DNA of 64,000 nt, taken from positions 96,412,001 through 96,476,000 of the forward strand of contig NC_087436.1 in the NCBI RefSeq assembly GCF_036321535.1. The letters run 5' to 3'. The stretch comes from Camelus dromedarius. Taxonomy: Eukaryota. Position numbers and translations under genes: made by a program. The notes beneath the pieces are model-generated. The model was not told the DNA's origin and did no database searches. It was given only the letters and a program-made list of their open reading frames with translations. How positions within the stretch are numbered: the stretch's first letter is position 1; the number at the start of each line of letters is the position of its first letter. Shown in pieces: positions 12,819-25,404 of the stretch.

Positions 12819-13024
12819 ATTGGTGTGCTGGTAAATATTTAACAACTGACTCTGAAACCATAAAGAAAAAAGCTCTTTTGGGGGAGTAGAATTTGTTCAT
12901 TTCCCTGGTGTAAATACTCCCCCAATGTCGTGTCCAATTTTAAGCTACCAGTGTGATGTCACTAATGCCAAGTTGGGAAGAGATGGGCAGTCTGCTCTCA
13001 CTAGCACACTCCAGCTGTCCCACG
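12819..13024. mobile_element. hAT DNA transposon MITE (MER63-like)
   Basis: Starts tggtgtgctggtaaatatttaacaactgactctg; internal ggtgtaaatactccc...taagctacca. An 8-bp TSD ttggatac (12811-12818) / ttggatat (13025-13032) is typical of hAT. Confidence 0.7.
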
Positions 13025-13149
13025 TTGGATATAAAGCTTTGGATCTCAGCATGAGGTCTGAATAAGGTATACAGATTTCGCAGTCAATATACTGTGTGTG
13101 TTTTGAGTTTTGCTTTTGACCAGCATTTGGTAAGTTAAAAAAAAATGCT

Positions 13150-13625
13150 GGTGGGCTGTTGAAAAATATGTATATTCTGCAGATGTTGGCTTGTCAGATC
13201 AGGTTTGTCAGATCAATTCAGTATTTAATTCTTTTATATCCTTATTGAATTCTTTGTCTCCTTGTTATATTAGTTCCTGAGAGAGGTTTATTTAAAACAT
13301 CCTACTATTATCATGTGTTTGTTTTAGTTTTGTATATATCTGAAGCCATCTTAAGTGGTTAGAAAGTATAATTCAGGTGAATTGGATTTTTGATTATTGT
13401 GACATGTCCCTTTTAATCTCTAGAAATACCTTTTATCTTAAGGTCTATTTTATCTGCTATTGATACGAGTACTCCAGCTTTCTTTCACATGGGATATCTT
13501 TGCCCTTTCTATGTCCTTTCATCCTTTCTGTATCCTTAAGTTTTAGATATTTCTTTCATAAATAGTACTTTTAAAAAATTAAGTGTGATAGTCTTTGTCT
13601 TTTAATTGGAACATTTATCCCACTT
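13150..13625 (-). mobile_element. Old L1M fragment
   Basis: tgtatattctgcagatgttgg...gtctattttatctgctattgatacgagtactccagctttc...gtcttttaattgg. Confidence 0.6.
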
Positions 13626-13630
13626 GCTTT

Positions 13631-15050
13631 TGTGTCAGACAGGATCCAATCAGGAGACAGAAAATACATGGTAGTTTTAATGGTGATGATTTAATATCAA
13701 ACATTATGAACTATTTACAGGAGATTAGCTACAAAGAAGGACTAAAGGAAAATTCCAAAGAATATCCTAGGGCTGAGGGGGAGAATCCAAGGAAGGACAC
13801 ACTTGGACCCTCTCCTCGGCCCCATGCAAGGCTAGGATTCAGATCTTGTTGAAGAGGATATGGCTGCAGACCAGCATGGCTGGTGGTAAAAGTCTTTGGA
13901 TTACTTTGTGCCAAAGATGGTCCACATTTGATGGGCCCATATTAGTCTGCAGGGATATGCAGACTGAGACTTGCAGGAAGAAAATCATTAGCAAATACAA
14001 ATAAACTCATTCATTTAACAAACAAAGAGAAAATATGCAAAACTCCTATAGTCTTCATTTCTGTAATCATTTACAAGGTTGTAGTTGATACTTGGGTTCT
14101 TCCTTCCACTACCCATTACATTTGTTTCCCCTCCTTTCAGCCAGAACCTCAGTTGGTTGGGGTTCTTTCCCTGGTGGAGTGACTCAAACTTTCATTCCTA
14201 AAGAATTCAAACTCACAACTGCCCTACCTTATTTGGGTGCTGTAGTTTTCCATTAATTTTTACTACTGGGCACAGAAATATTATGAGATTCCCTGGAAAT
14301 CCCTGGCTTCCAGATACACATTTCCTTGCCTTTATTGTATAGAAATGACTTGATTTCCCCTTGGAAATTAGAATCAGTCACTCTAGGAGTGGAATTACTA
14401 GCTTTTGTGCCTGTTGGGTCAGTGGCATAAAGAGCACCAATGGCCAGGTGGTAGTCTCATCTTTCAGTTAATTCTGTGACTCCAAGGATGGTAGTTACGG
14501 TGGTAACATTGGCAGGGAAGGCAAATCCATGTCCAGGATATATGTCTATTCCAGTGAGAATGAATCTCTGTCCCTTCCATGACAGAAGCAGTGCAATGTA
14601 ACAATCTGCTAACAGTTTACTGGCTGGTGCCTCCAGGGAATGCTGCCATATTGTGGACTCAGTGTTGAACTCACTTTTTTGGCAGATCAGGCACTCAGCA
14701 GTAGCTTTAGCAAGGTGAGCTTCAGGAAGAGGAAGTCCATTTTGTTGAGCCCAGGCATAACCTCCATCCCTGCCACTATGGCCACTTCATTCATGGGCCC
14801 AAAGAGAAAGCATTGTGTCTTGGGAAAAAAGCTGACTGACATCTACAGACCACATGATTCTGTCCACTTGGTTAAGAGCCTACTCTGCAGTGGAAACCCA
14901 TTGGTGGGTATTCACAAAGGGTACACATATCTTCACAGTCTGTCCATTTTAAGGGGTCCATCTACATAACCCTTTCCCAGAATTCTTTGGGACCAATTTT
15001 CCAATCTTGTTTTTCCAAGTCCCTGAACAGAAAAACCCATAATTTCCCAC
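13631..15050 (-). mobile_element. ERV-L remnant: RNase H/integrase - dUTPase - 3' region - LTR (LTR ~13631-13980)
   Basis: Minus-strand translation gives DWKIGPKEFWER, WAHE*SGHSGRDGGYAWAQQNGLPLPEAHLAKATAECLICQ (integrase HHCC finger), WKGQRFILTGIDIYPGHGFAFPA and KMRLPPGH..LFMPLTQQAQK (dUTPase). All resemble ERV-L pol motifs, with multiple stops and frameshifts. Confidence 0.85.
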
Positions 15051-16796
15051 AGCTCTCTGTGTTTGTAATGACTTCCTTTCCCTGCCTTTGCAGGGCTGGG
15101 GCTGCTAATGGAAACCCAACAACCTGTCGTTCATCCTCATTTCCCACTGGTTTCACTCTATCCTTCCCATACCTTTATAAATTGTAGCTTCACTGACCAC
15201 ACCTCAGTCATGCCACTTAAATGAGCCATGTGTTTCTTTCTGGCCCCTTACTGACATAAACCCAAAGTGCTGAGCTCCTCTGTCTGGATTTCCATCATCC
15301 CATGGTAGTACTCATTTATCTGTTAGTGTGCCAATGATTTCAAGCTGAACTTTAATATATTTTGTCCAGTTTTTCTAGTTATCCTTATCAGAGGGGTAAC
15401 TAATACACCATTACTTAATATACTATTATTGGAAGCAAAATTCCCCTCACTCTTGCTTTTAAGTTTTACCATACATGATTTTGTCTCTAAACAATCGATT
15501 CTTAATTTTGTATATTTTGCATATATCACTGAACAATACTGCATATAGGTTTCTGTGATGTGCTTTTCTCATTCAACATTATATCTTTAGATTCCTCTAT
15601 TTTGATTTCCAGAGCTATAGCTCATTTGTTGCACTGTCTGACTAATCCAAAATACACCTCTCTAGCCTCCTATTGTTTATCACTCTTCATCTTCATTTTT
15701 CCTAGTTTCTTGGTCTCAGTGTCATTTTGACTCTATATTTTTTATCTTCCATCTTTCACTGAGCTCTCGTTTGGTATGTATGACAACTGATTTGGAATAG
15801 TCTACATAGCTGTGCCTTTGGTACCTCTTCAAGACTTGTTATCTTTGTCTCATGTATTACTCGGGTAGGATGTCCCACCCCATCCCACATCTCCTGGCAC
15901 TTTCCCCTGAGAACATGAGTTCTGGGTTCTTTTTCTTTCATGTATTTAAGTCAATACCAACTTTATCTCTATCTTGATGGTCAAAAACTTATTTAGCCAA
16001 GAAAAGACTTAAGGATGCACTGCAATTGCTTACTTATAAAACATAACATATTATAAAAGAGGAAGACACACTGGCTTGGAACTAAGCTACCTTGATATTA
16101 GAAAGTTCATATATATAAAACAGGTTAAAAAGGGATTGATGATACTTTTAGAAAAGAATTTATCATGTGATAAATTTAAAATAGCAAACTTCTTCAATGC
16201 ATTTAATATATAACTTGATTTATAAAAAATCAATTTACACTGCTGCCTAGAAGTAAATCTAGTAAGTAAAGCAAGGTACATCTAAAATTACATTTGGAAA
16301 TACAATCACTCTTTCTATAGCATGCCTTTTATTTAATACACAAAACTCTTTTCCCCCTTGAGGGACCAATAAGATAAATTTTAAGACTGTTTAGACTATC
16401 AGCATCTTTTACTGAGAAGCAAAGATGTACAGAGCTAAGAGAATTCAGAAAAAGCACAATTAAAACATAACTTTAAATAATCTCCAAAAATGGCAGGTGT
16501 CAAATCTTTGGAAAGGTTTATGCTGTCATGGGTGTTGAGAGTTCAAACTCTTGAATGGAGAGATGGATAATACTCTGACTGTTCTGTGTTAGTCCTGAGC
16601 TTTTCCTTTTCATATCTCACCTTCAGATGGCACAAGGAATGTATCCTAAACCGTCAGTAGCATAGCATCTCCTCTAAACTTGGTTGCCCGCTGAGAGTTG
16701 CTTGTGAGTCTATGATATAAAACTGATTTAAAATTAGATTTAAAAAGGAATATGTATTTAATCTGAATAAAGAATGAATTAAAAACATGGAATATC

Positions 16797-17800
16797 CAAC
16801 TTAATAACAAAAAAAAAACAACCCAATCCAAAAATGGGCAGAAGACCTAACAAGCAATTCTCCAATGAAGATGTACAAGTGGTCAATAAGCACATGAAAA
16901 AATGCTCAATATCACTAGTTATCAGAGAAATGCAAATCAAAACTATAATGAGGTATCACCTCACACCAGTCAGAATGGCCATCATTCAAAAGTCCATGGA
17001 TGATAAACACTGGAGGGTGTGGAGAAAAGGGAACCCTCTCACACTGCTGGTGGGAATATAGTTTGGTGCAGCCATTATGGAAAACAGTATGGAGATTCCT
17101 CAAAAAACTAAAAATAGACTTACCATATGATCCAGCAATCCCATTTCTGGGTATATATCTGGAGGGAACTCTAATTTGAAAAGATACACGCACCTCAATG
17201 TTCACAGCAGCATTATATACAATAACCAAGACATGGAAGTAACCTAAATGTCCATCGACAGATGATTGAATAAAGAAGCTGTGGTATATTGATACAATGG
17301 AAGACTACTTAGCCATAAAAAAGAATAAAATAATGCCACTTGCAGCAACATGGATGGACCTGGAGAATGTCATTCTAAGTGAGGTAAGCCAGAAAGAGAA
17401 AGAAAAATACCATATGATATCACTGACGTGTGGAATCTAAGAAAAAAAAAAAAGAAAAAAGAAAGGACACTGTGAACTCATCTACAAAACAGAAACAGAC
17501 TCAGACATAGTAAACTATCTTATCATTATCAGGGAAAGGGAGTGGGAAGGGATAAATTTGTGAGTTTGAGATTTACAAACGTTAGCCACTATATATAAAA
17601 ATAGGTTAAAAAATTTCTTCTGTATAGTATAGGGAACTATGCTCAATATCTTGTAATAATCTTTAATGAAAAAATATGAAAATGAATATACGTATGTGTA
17701 TGCGTGACTGGGACACTGTACTGTACACAGAAACTGACACGTTGTAACTGACTGTACTTCAATTTAAAAAAAAGTATACTGTGATACAGCAAAAAAAAAA
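16797..17800 (+). mobile_element. Young 5'-truncated L1 (ORF2 C-terminus and 3' UTR)
   Basis: Encodes [36 protein letters not shown]. The 3' UTR ends tgtaactgactgtacttcaatttaaaaaaaa. TSD ggaatatc at 16789-16796 and 17801-17808. Confidence 0.92.
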
Positions 17801-17949
17801 GGAATATCTAATCAATAAATTCTCCCCAATCTCTGTAGCTTCTTATCATAATCATTCAATGAATTCTTATATTATAGATAAGTTTGCAAAATTGAAGGGA
17901 AATATATTCTTGAAACAGAAGTTATATAATATTAAAAACACTTTCAACC

Positions 17950-19480
17950 CCACGTTGTTCTAAGGTATATTGGAAGTTGAGATGGAGTGGGGAGGGAAGT
18001 TAAAGTAGGCTAAAATCCTTTATTTTTATAGTAAGTAGTAAAAAATGCTATTTAATTCTTGATGGTGTTAATCTTGGAATATTGGCTAAAGAAAGTTTGA
18101 AAATACCTTGATGGTAAAGATCTGTAAGCAAAAAATAACTACAATTTGTAACTTTCAAATAGAGTAGGAAAAAATCCTATAGAAATAAAAGAATAGCAAG
18201 AAAGCATAGAAAATAAAACCATAAAACAAGATATCATAAGACCCGATATTTAAATTATGAAAATAATGGGAATGTATTGAAATTCTATTAAATGACCAAG
18301 ATTCTCAACCTTTCTACATGTAAAAAAGATGGTCACCCATATTTTTTTTCCTATTTTTTAGCCTGATTTCAAGATAGGGAGAGACTTTCCATTCATAAAT
18401 ATATTGGAAAAATTGATTTACAAAGTCAACACATTTGATTATTTATATAAAATTATCCTGTACTTCATATTTCATGACAACCTATATTAAAGACAATTTA
18501 CAACCTGACTTATCTGTAACAAATATAAATACTACAATTCCTAATATATAAAATTTGAACAAATCAATGATTAAAATGCAAAAATCCTAAAAAATAGGCA
18601 AAAAGACATGACTAGAATACTAATGGTGAATAACTATAAGAAAATGTTTAATTCCAAAATAGAAGCAGACTCACAGATATAGAGAACAAACTAGTGGTTA
18701 CCAATGGGGTAAAGGAAGAGGGGTGCAATATATGGGTAGGGGAGTAAGAGGTACAAATTATAAGGTATAAAATAAGCCACAAGATATATAGCACAACACA
18801 GGGAATATAGCCAATATTTCATCATAACTATAAATGAAATATAACCTTAAAAATGTGAATCACTATATTGTACACCTATTGTATAGTAACCATACTTCAA
18901 TAAAAAAGAAAATATTTAATTATTAATCATTGCAATACACATGTAAACAAGTTATAAATTTTCATTTATCAAATGGCAAAGAATTAAAAAAAAGATGTTT
19001 TTTCAATCCCTAATGAGCGTTTGCAGAGATTCATGTTTGTTGAAGCATTAACTGGTACATATATTTTTGAAAAGAAATTTGTCCATATGTATCAAGAAGA
19101 GGAAAGTTTTCTTCGACTCAGTGATTTCACTTCTAGAAATCTATCTATCTAATCTAAAGAAATAAGCAGAGATACAAACAAAGGTCAATATATATGCTAC
19201 AATTAAGACATTCATTTTAGCATAAATTAAAATGATAGGAAAACTTGAAAATCTTAATTTTTTCAACTAGGAGAATATTAATATAAATTATGGAATATCA
19301 TATAAAGAAATATGATTAAGCCATTAAAATTAATGTTTCCAAGTAATATTTCCCTGCAATGAAAAAATCGGAGACTGATATTTCTGCAGGGTTTCTTCTA
19401 GTATCTCTGGATATTTGTGTTTTCCTTCCTTTAATATATTTTCCAAAATTTCTTCAATGATCATATATTATTTTCCCAAT
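17950..19480 (+). mobile_element. Highly decayed old L1 (L1M/L1ME-like) fragments
   Basis: A-rich ORF2-like stretches such as attcataaatatattggaaaaattg, aaataggcaaaaagacatgactaga and gactcagtgatttcacttctagaaatctatct. Confidence 0.55.
18654..18905 (+). mobile_element. Short L1 3' UTR insertion nested in an older L1
   Basis: cagactcacagatatagagaacaaactagtggttacc...ttcaataaaaaa. TSD aagaaaatgtttaatt (18638-18653) / aagaaaatatttaatt (18906-18921). Confidence 0.85.
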
Positions 19481-22400
19481 ATCAACTTTTTTTTAATGTA
19501 AATAATTAATGTGCAGTAACTTCTGTGAGGGCCCTTGTTTCTGTTTACTCAAGTGATAACCCCAGAAAGTTAGTGGACAACCTTCCCATTCAACCTCATC
19601 CAGGCGGGAATGTTAAGTAGGTCATTATCTGACTGATTTTTCTATTTTTCTACTCACTGATGTCAGAAGTAACTGAGGCAGAGGCATAATCAGGGATGGT
19701 GAAAAGTCAAACTGGTTCAACCCTTTTTTGATTTTATCTTTCGACATTCCTCTCTTCAGCCGTGTAGATATCAAAGTTTTGAAATGCTGTGCTATGCTGG
19801 TCATTTAAGGTTGATTCTGATTGCCATAATGATCAGAATCATAGAGTAGTCTGAGTTATGAGTCTTCAAGGTATTTTTGAGGTTACACATTAATATCAAA
19901 GCTTGAATTATTTTGATGATATGAGTCAGAGGACTCATCAGAGAATCATCAGAGGCAGAGCCTCTGGGGTGGGGAGAGCACCTCCAGCCATCATCATGTT
20001 TCGCTGGGACCACTAATCTTGTGACATTATTGCAATACCTTGTCAGATTACTCTGAAAAGGAAGTTTTATCAAAAAATATATCAAACTTCAGGTTGACTG
20101 CATTCAGTTGAAATAAAAAAGACTTTGTTTAAAGTATTTTTTTTCTTCAGCATCAGTTTCTGTTGATTAGGTGATGCCAAATGACCAGTTTGACGGACTA
20201 TTTCCCAAATTTCAGTCATGTGATTTTATTATGGGAAAACTAGCCTTCAATGAGTAGGCAACTTAGATAAAAAAAAAATTCTTTCTTTTTTTCTTTTCCC
20301 TCCCTTTCCCCATTCCTCTTTCCCTTCATTCATGTCTTCTTAACTTCCTTATCTTTTGGATTTGGGTTTAAGAAGGGCTGTCCCACTGCTTGGAAAAAAT
20401 TATACTCATTCTCCCAGGAAAAAAGCTTCACTGCTTCTTTGCCTCTCAACCCTATAAGAAGAGCAAGAGCTCCTCATTCTCTGCTCCTACAGGACTTTGG
20501 AAATAATGCTGGCATATGTCTCATGTTGTATCAGAGCTGAGTTAATATCTTTTTCACCAGACATGAGCAGAGTGGTCATACTCAGTTTACGTCCCCAGAG
20601 CTCAACCCAGCGTCTGGCACAAAGCTGGGCCTTCATAATTGGTGAAGGAGTTCTGTTTCTTATGGTGATGTCATGCTTTTGAAAATATTTAGACCCTCCT
20701 TGTTATATCACTTGTGGGAAAACTTTGAGAAGTGGAAGAAGAAAAGTATCCAAGACCTTTACATTCTATTTCCTCTAGATGTTTGAATATAATTTGGAAA
20801 TAGCCAATGTCCCTTAGAAAAGAAAACCAACAATGATTAAGTTGAACAAAACAAGTCTTAAGGTTTAAAAGCATGTGGGAGCTGCTTTGTTAGATTTATT
20901 CCCCACTTTTATCAATAAGGTTTAAAAAACAATGTGAGTTCTTTGGTGAACCTTAAATTATAGCTGAACTTCTGATACAGATCTATTTTTGCAGAAATTT
21001 TTTTCCTTACTTGGGCATCACATTTCCCTTAGGGAGAGTAAAGGGCATCAATGTAGTTTTTTCTTCCCTCTAAGAATGGGAACAAACAAAGACAAAAATA
21101 TTCTGACAGATATTTATTACTTGCCTGTAAAGGACATGCATTGCTGGGAAATTATATACATATAATTGGCTATGATTTTAAAAAGTTTTGTACTTGCATA
21201 TTTCCATAAAGTTCTATAACTTAAAAATAACTAAAATAGAACGCTTTTGGAAAAACCTAGGTATTATTGTTTATTAGCTAAAAGGATTTTGAGATAGGGC
21301 TAGATTATGAGGAAAAGAGTTGGAGGCTGTTGAATAAGCCTACAAAACTCATCTTAGCCTGGCAACCTGCTGACAGCCTGGCAATTGGTTAGCACAGACA
21401 TTTAAAGAGTCTGCTTTAGGGAGGAGAGACCATAAGAAGCTGCAGTAAGTTTATCGATACAAAGCACTGTGGCCATTCTCCCTCAATAAGCTGCTCACTG
21501 AAGAATGCTATTTTGATGAAGAAGCTAGGGAGTGTTGTATAAACGGCAATTTCCTGAAGGGTGAGGTTATTTCATATATCTATCTTTTGTGTTGTAAAGC
21601 AGATCCCCTTATTTGATTAGGTGTGTTGTAGTGCTGCATAAGAATCACATTCTGTTACTGTAGGGCTCAAAGAGCAGAAACTGGGTATAGAGGGAGACCA
21701 CAATATTCTGCAGACACTGGGGTAGAGGTCAGATTCCTTCCACAGGAACAATGAGAGAAGATCAATTGTAGAATCTGCAGAGACAATGAAGTGACTTGAA
21801 GTCAAATAGCTATTAGTACTTGCATGGGAGGGAGTGGCACAGAGAAGGGACCTTGAGAGGGAGCAAAACTCCAGCCTGGGCTCTTCTATATACATAACGA
21901 AGGGATGCTCAACTAATCAGATCATTTCAAAAGATAATGAGAGGACATTTACCTAGGAAGCCCCTGTATTTGAGGCAAATGATTTTTCATTTCCTCTAAA
22001 TTTCCAGGTAAATACTTCATTTCCCACTTTGTAATATATGTGCATGTAATTTTTTTCTTTTTATAATGTTTATCAAAATTACAGCAAGATGACGATTTTG
22101 TGGTTGAATGCTCACCCTCTCCCTATAAAACTGAAGTGAATTAGTTGAGGGACTGGCAGACTGTTTGTTCCAAGTATCCTGGGTTGCTGTAATTTTGCGA
22201 GTTTTGAGAGAATAATCTTGCCTTAAAAGATCTAGAAACTTGACCAATTTATCCAGAGTTGATATGACAAAAGAGATATTTACTAATGTCATTCCCAATC
22301 AAATGACCATTTATTCAAATTATTGACAAATGATTATAAAGTGCACTGGTTTAGGTGGTGGGATATAGCAATGGACACACCAGACAAAATGTTTGTCTTT

Positions 22401-22564
22401 GTGGGTCTCATCTTTATTCACTCTTTGATACACTAAATATCTATGGGAAACAACAAGACAATAGAGATGACTCAAGATCTTGAGTTAGAATACTTGCAAA
22501 CTGATCTCAGTTTCCTATAAAATGGAATATTTTGTTTGTTTTATTTTTGAATAATGATCAGTAG

Positions 22565-22760
22565 AGGATATTGGTCCACAGCTAAAGCTCAGGATTCAGT
22601 CTGTCAATATTCAAATCTCAATTCACTTCTTACTAGCTGTGTGATTTTTGTAAGTTATTCAACCTTTCTGTACCTAAGTTCCTGGTTGTAAAACGGGGAT
22701 AATTTAAATTTATTTATGTGAGGGCTTACAACAGGGCTCAATAAGTGTTAACAGATGTTA
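22565..22760 (+). mobile_element. MIR SINE
   Basis: ttcaaatctc...cttactagctgtgtgatttttgtaagttattcaacctttctgtacctaagttcc...gtaaaacggggataat. Confidence 0.7.
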
Positions 22761-24329
22761 TGACAACTGATCTGCCCATATATGGGTATATAAGGATCAC
22801 GTGGGATTGAATGTGAATCTTCAGAGAAACAGCAAAGCACTAAATACAAGTTATTCATTTTACTAATTTATTTACACATATTTAATGAGTGCCATGCACT
22901 GTGTTATAAGCTGTGGAGGGAGGGGAAATGAGTGCAAGTTGGCTCTTACATTCAAGGAACTCACAGACTAATGGAGGATAAAAGGCACATTGTTGAAAAA
23001 TTTTTGTACACTATTATGGTTCAAGAAATGTTTCTTAATGTTACTGTTCAAAAAACAGGAGAAGATATATTTTAATTATATAAGTTAAATAGACATGGAA
23101 TCTGGAATCTATCTTATTATGCAGACATTTAGCTGATCCCCTAGGCTTTCAAGGTACTGGTTGACAAGGAAGAAATCTAAACATACATCAATTATGTCAC
23201 GTACAAGATCTGGTTATATAAAGAGAATTAATTTTAAGACCCAATGTATTATATAAAGAGAAATAGCTAAGGATTTTTAAAAAACATTCTTCTGAACTGT
23301 GTTGAGACTGGCTATAGAATTTGTGAGGACATCTGTGGATTTAGCAGTGAAAATCTAGGGAGGACAAAAGTGGGCAGTGGGGGTGGGAAAAGAGGTAATT
23401 ATTATTTTGGATAAGAGGAAACAGGGGCAAGAGAGGAGGATTATCTGGTAGGTACCAATAATAGAAAAAGAAAGAGGAGTAGGATTGGTTTTGGGTGGGG
23501 AGATAAAGGATTCTATTTACCACATGTGGATTTTGCTTATATGCATTTGGGGTGTTGACAATATATCAACCAGGACTGAGGTATAAAACATTTGCCAGTT
23601 TTGAGACACAAATTTGAGTGTTTTCCTTCTATGATAAGTTGTTTGCAATGAAATTGCCAAGGCTGAAGATAATGAAAAAATAGAAGGCAAAAATGTAAAG
23701 TGTTTTCTATTTTTAAAGAGGCTTTGTCTCCATTATGATCAGAAAGCTAATCATTAATTAGTGATACTATGTGACTGCCAAGTGATCAGAATGTTCTTGT
23801 CAGCTCATCAATTTATTCTGTCTCTAAAATCAACAGGAAACATAGATATTAACTTAGATAGTGATACCGGAAATATATAATGAGAGAAAACAGAGTAAGA
23901 TGGTTTTAAGAATTGCTTTCAACAGAGTACAGGATCCTAGTGAATCACAGTTTCCTATAAAATGGGAAAATTTCTAAGGCATTGGTGTATGTTCTTTGTC
24001 AACTGAAAAGAGTGGCTTCTTCCCAAGCCATGTTTTTGGAGAAACTAACAGTATCTTTACTCAGCTTTCTTTCATTGGTTTCTAGGAATGCTGCTCTTTT
24101 TTGTTTGTAGTGACTTTGCAACATCATCTATCATTTCAACACTCTCATGGCATGTTATAATTCACTTTATATTGATCATTTCTTTAGCTGGCATATAGGG
24201 AAGTCCTTAGTTTTATTAGGACTAATCACATTATATGATGGTTACTGTTGGGAATTTTTCCTATAGGCATCTCATTTCATTCCTGTTGGGTGCAGGGTTG
24301 GTCTTTGTTAACTTCATCACAGAAGGATA

Positions 24330-24660
24330 TTGGTTTGGCCAGAAGAAACTATTGGTTATGAGGGTAACAGATGATACCAAAAATATCTCTAGCTTGCAGC
24401 AACAATGTCCGTGGTGGACAATGTCCATCATAACTCTGCTCTGTATCACCTTCAGTCTGGGACCCAGGATGATGGATCATCCTCTATCTGGAACAATGCC
24501 AATTGTGGCGAGGCAGTAGAGGGAAGGAAGAGCACATAGAGGAGCCCAGACTGGCTCTTGAAGTTTCTAGTGGAAAAGTTGTAGCTCAAACGTTCTCATC
24601 TAAGGTCACTAGAGTGAGAGTCCTCTCAACAGGGAAGGGCAGCCAATACTGAGGAGTCTA
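24330..24660 (-). mobile_element. Old MaLR LTR fragment (MLT1-like)
   Basis: ctgggacccaggatgatggatcatcctctatctggaaca...ctggctcttgaagtttctagtggaa. Confidence 0.5.
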
Positions 24661-24749
24661 TCACAGATGCCTCTTTGGAATATCCTCACCCATTTATGGC
24701 TGTTGAGTCAGTTTGTTATTGTCCAAGATGTTAGGCCCAAGTATGTTTT

Positions 24750-25385
24750 TTTTAAAAAATTTTTTAAAGTGTTGTTAATTTATAATATTAGTTTCAGGTG
24801 TACAGTTAAGTCAATTATACACATACATACATAAATATATATTTTTTCTTTTCAGATTCTTTTCCATTATATGTTATTATAAGAAAATGAATATAGTTCC
24901 CTGTGCTATACAGTAGGTCCTTGTTGTTTATCTATTTCATATATAATAGTGTGTCTGTTCATCCTCAACCCTTAATTTATCCCTCCATGCCCTTTTCCTT
25001 TTGGTAGCCATAGTTTTTTTTTTCTATGTTCTGAGTCTATTTTTGGTTTGTAAATAGGATTTGTATCATTTTTTTAGATTCCACATATAAGAGATATCAT
25101 ATGGTATTTTTCTTTCTCTTTCTGCCTTACTTCTTAGAATGACAATCTCCAGGTTCATCAATGTTGCTGCAAATGGCATTATTTCATTCCTTTTTATGGA
25201 TGAGTAGTATTCCATTGTATATATATATCACACCTTCTTTATTCAGTCATCTGTTGATGAACATTTAGGTTGTTTCCATGTCTTAGCAATTATAAATAGC
25301 ACTGCTATGAACATTGGGGTGCATGTGTCATTTTGAATTACAGTTTTCTCTGGATATATGCCCAGGAGTGGAATTGGATCCCATT
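24750..25385 (-). mobile_element. 5'-truncated L1 3' end
   Basis: gtttcaggtgtacag...ccctgtgctatacagtaggtccttgttg...ttagattccacatataag...cccaggagtggaatt. TSD ccaagtatgtttt (24737-24749) / ccaattatgtttt (25386-25398). Confidence 0.88.
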
Positions 25386-25404
25386 CCAATTATGTTTTAA
25401 ATAT

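Larger units (their letters stand above)
11560..13090 (-). mobile_element. L2 LINE remnant interrupted by nested elements
   Basis: caggaaagcctt...gtgacatttgcattgagatttgaatgataagttggcatttgccag; taaggagtttgggcttcattcc; gaggacttggtgactgattaaatgtgagagtg; ttagacatgcggagattgagatgcc. Confidence 0.65.

Noticed and set aside
13119..13152. Hairpin accagcattt...aaatgctggt
   Set aside because: A 10-bp stem with a long A-rich loop is expected by chance; not a miRNA-like precursor.
19658..19672. Possible 15-nt minus-strand micro-exon (cctcag|TTACTTCTGACATCA|gtgagt)
   Set aside because: Weak exonic donor context and no supporting signal; too likely to be chance.
22468..22487. 16-bp perfect palindrome actcaagatcttgagt overlapping an AP-1 heptamer
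   Set aside because: About one palindrome of this length is expected by chance in 64 kb.
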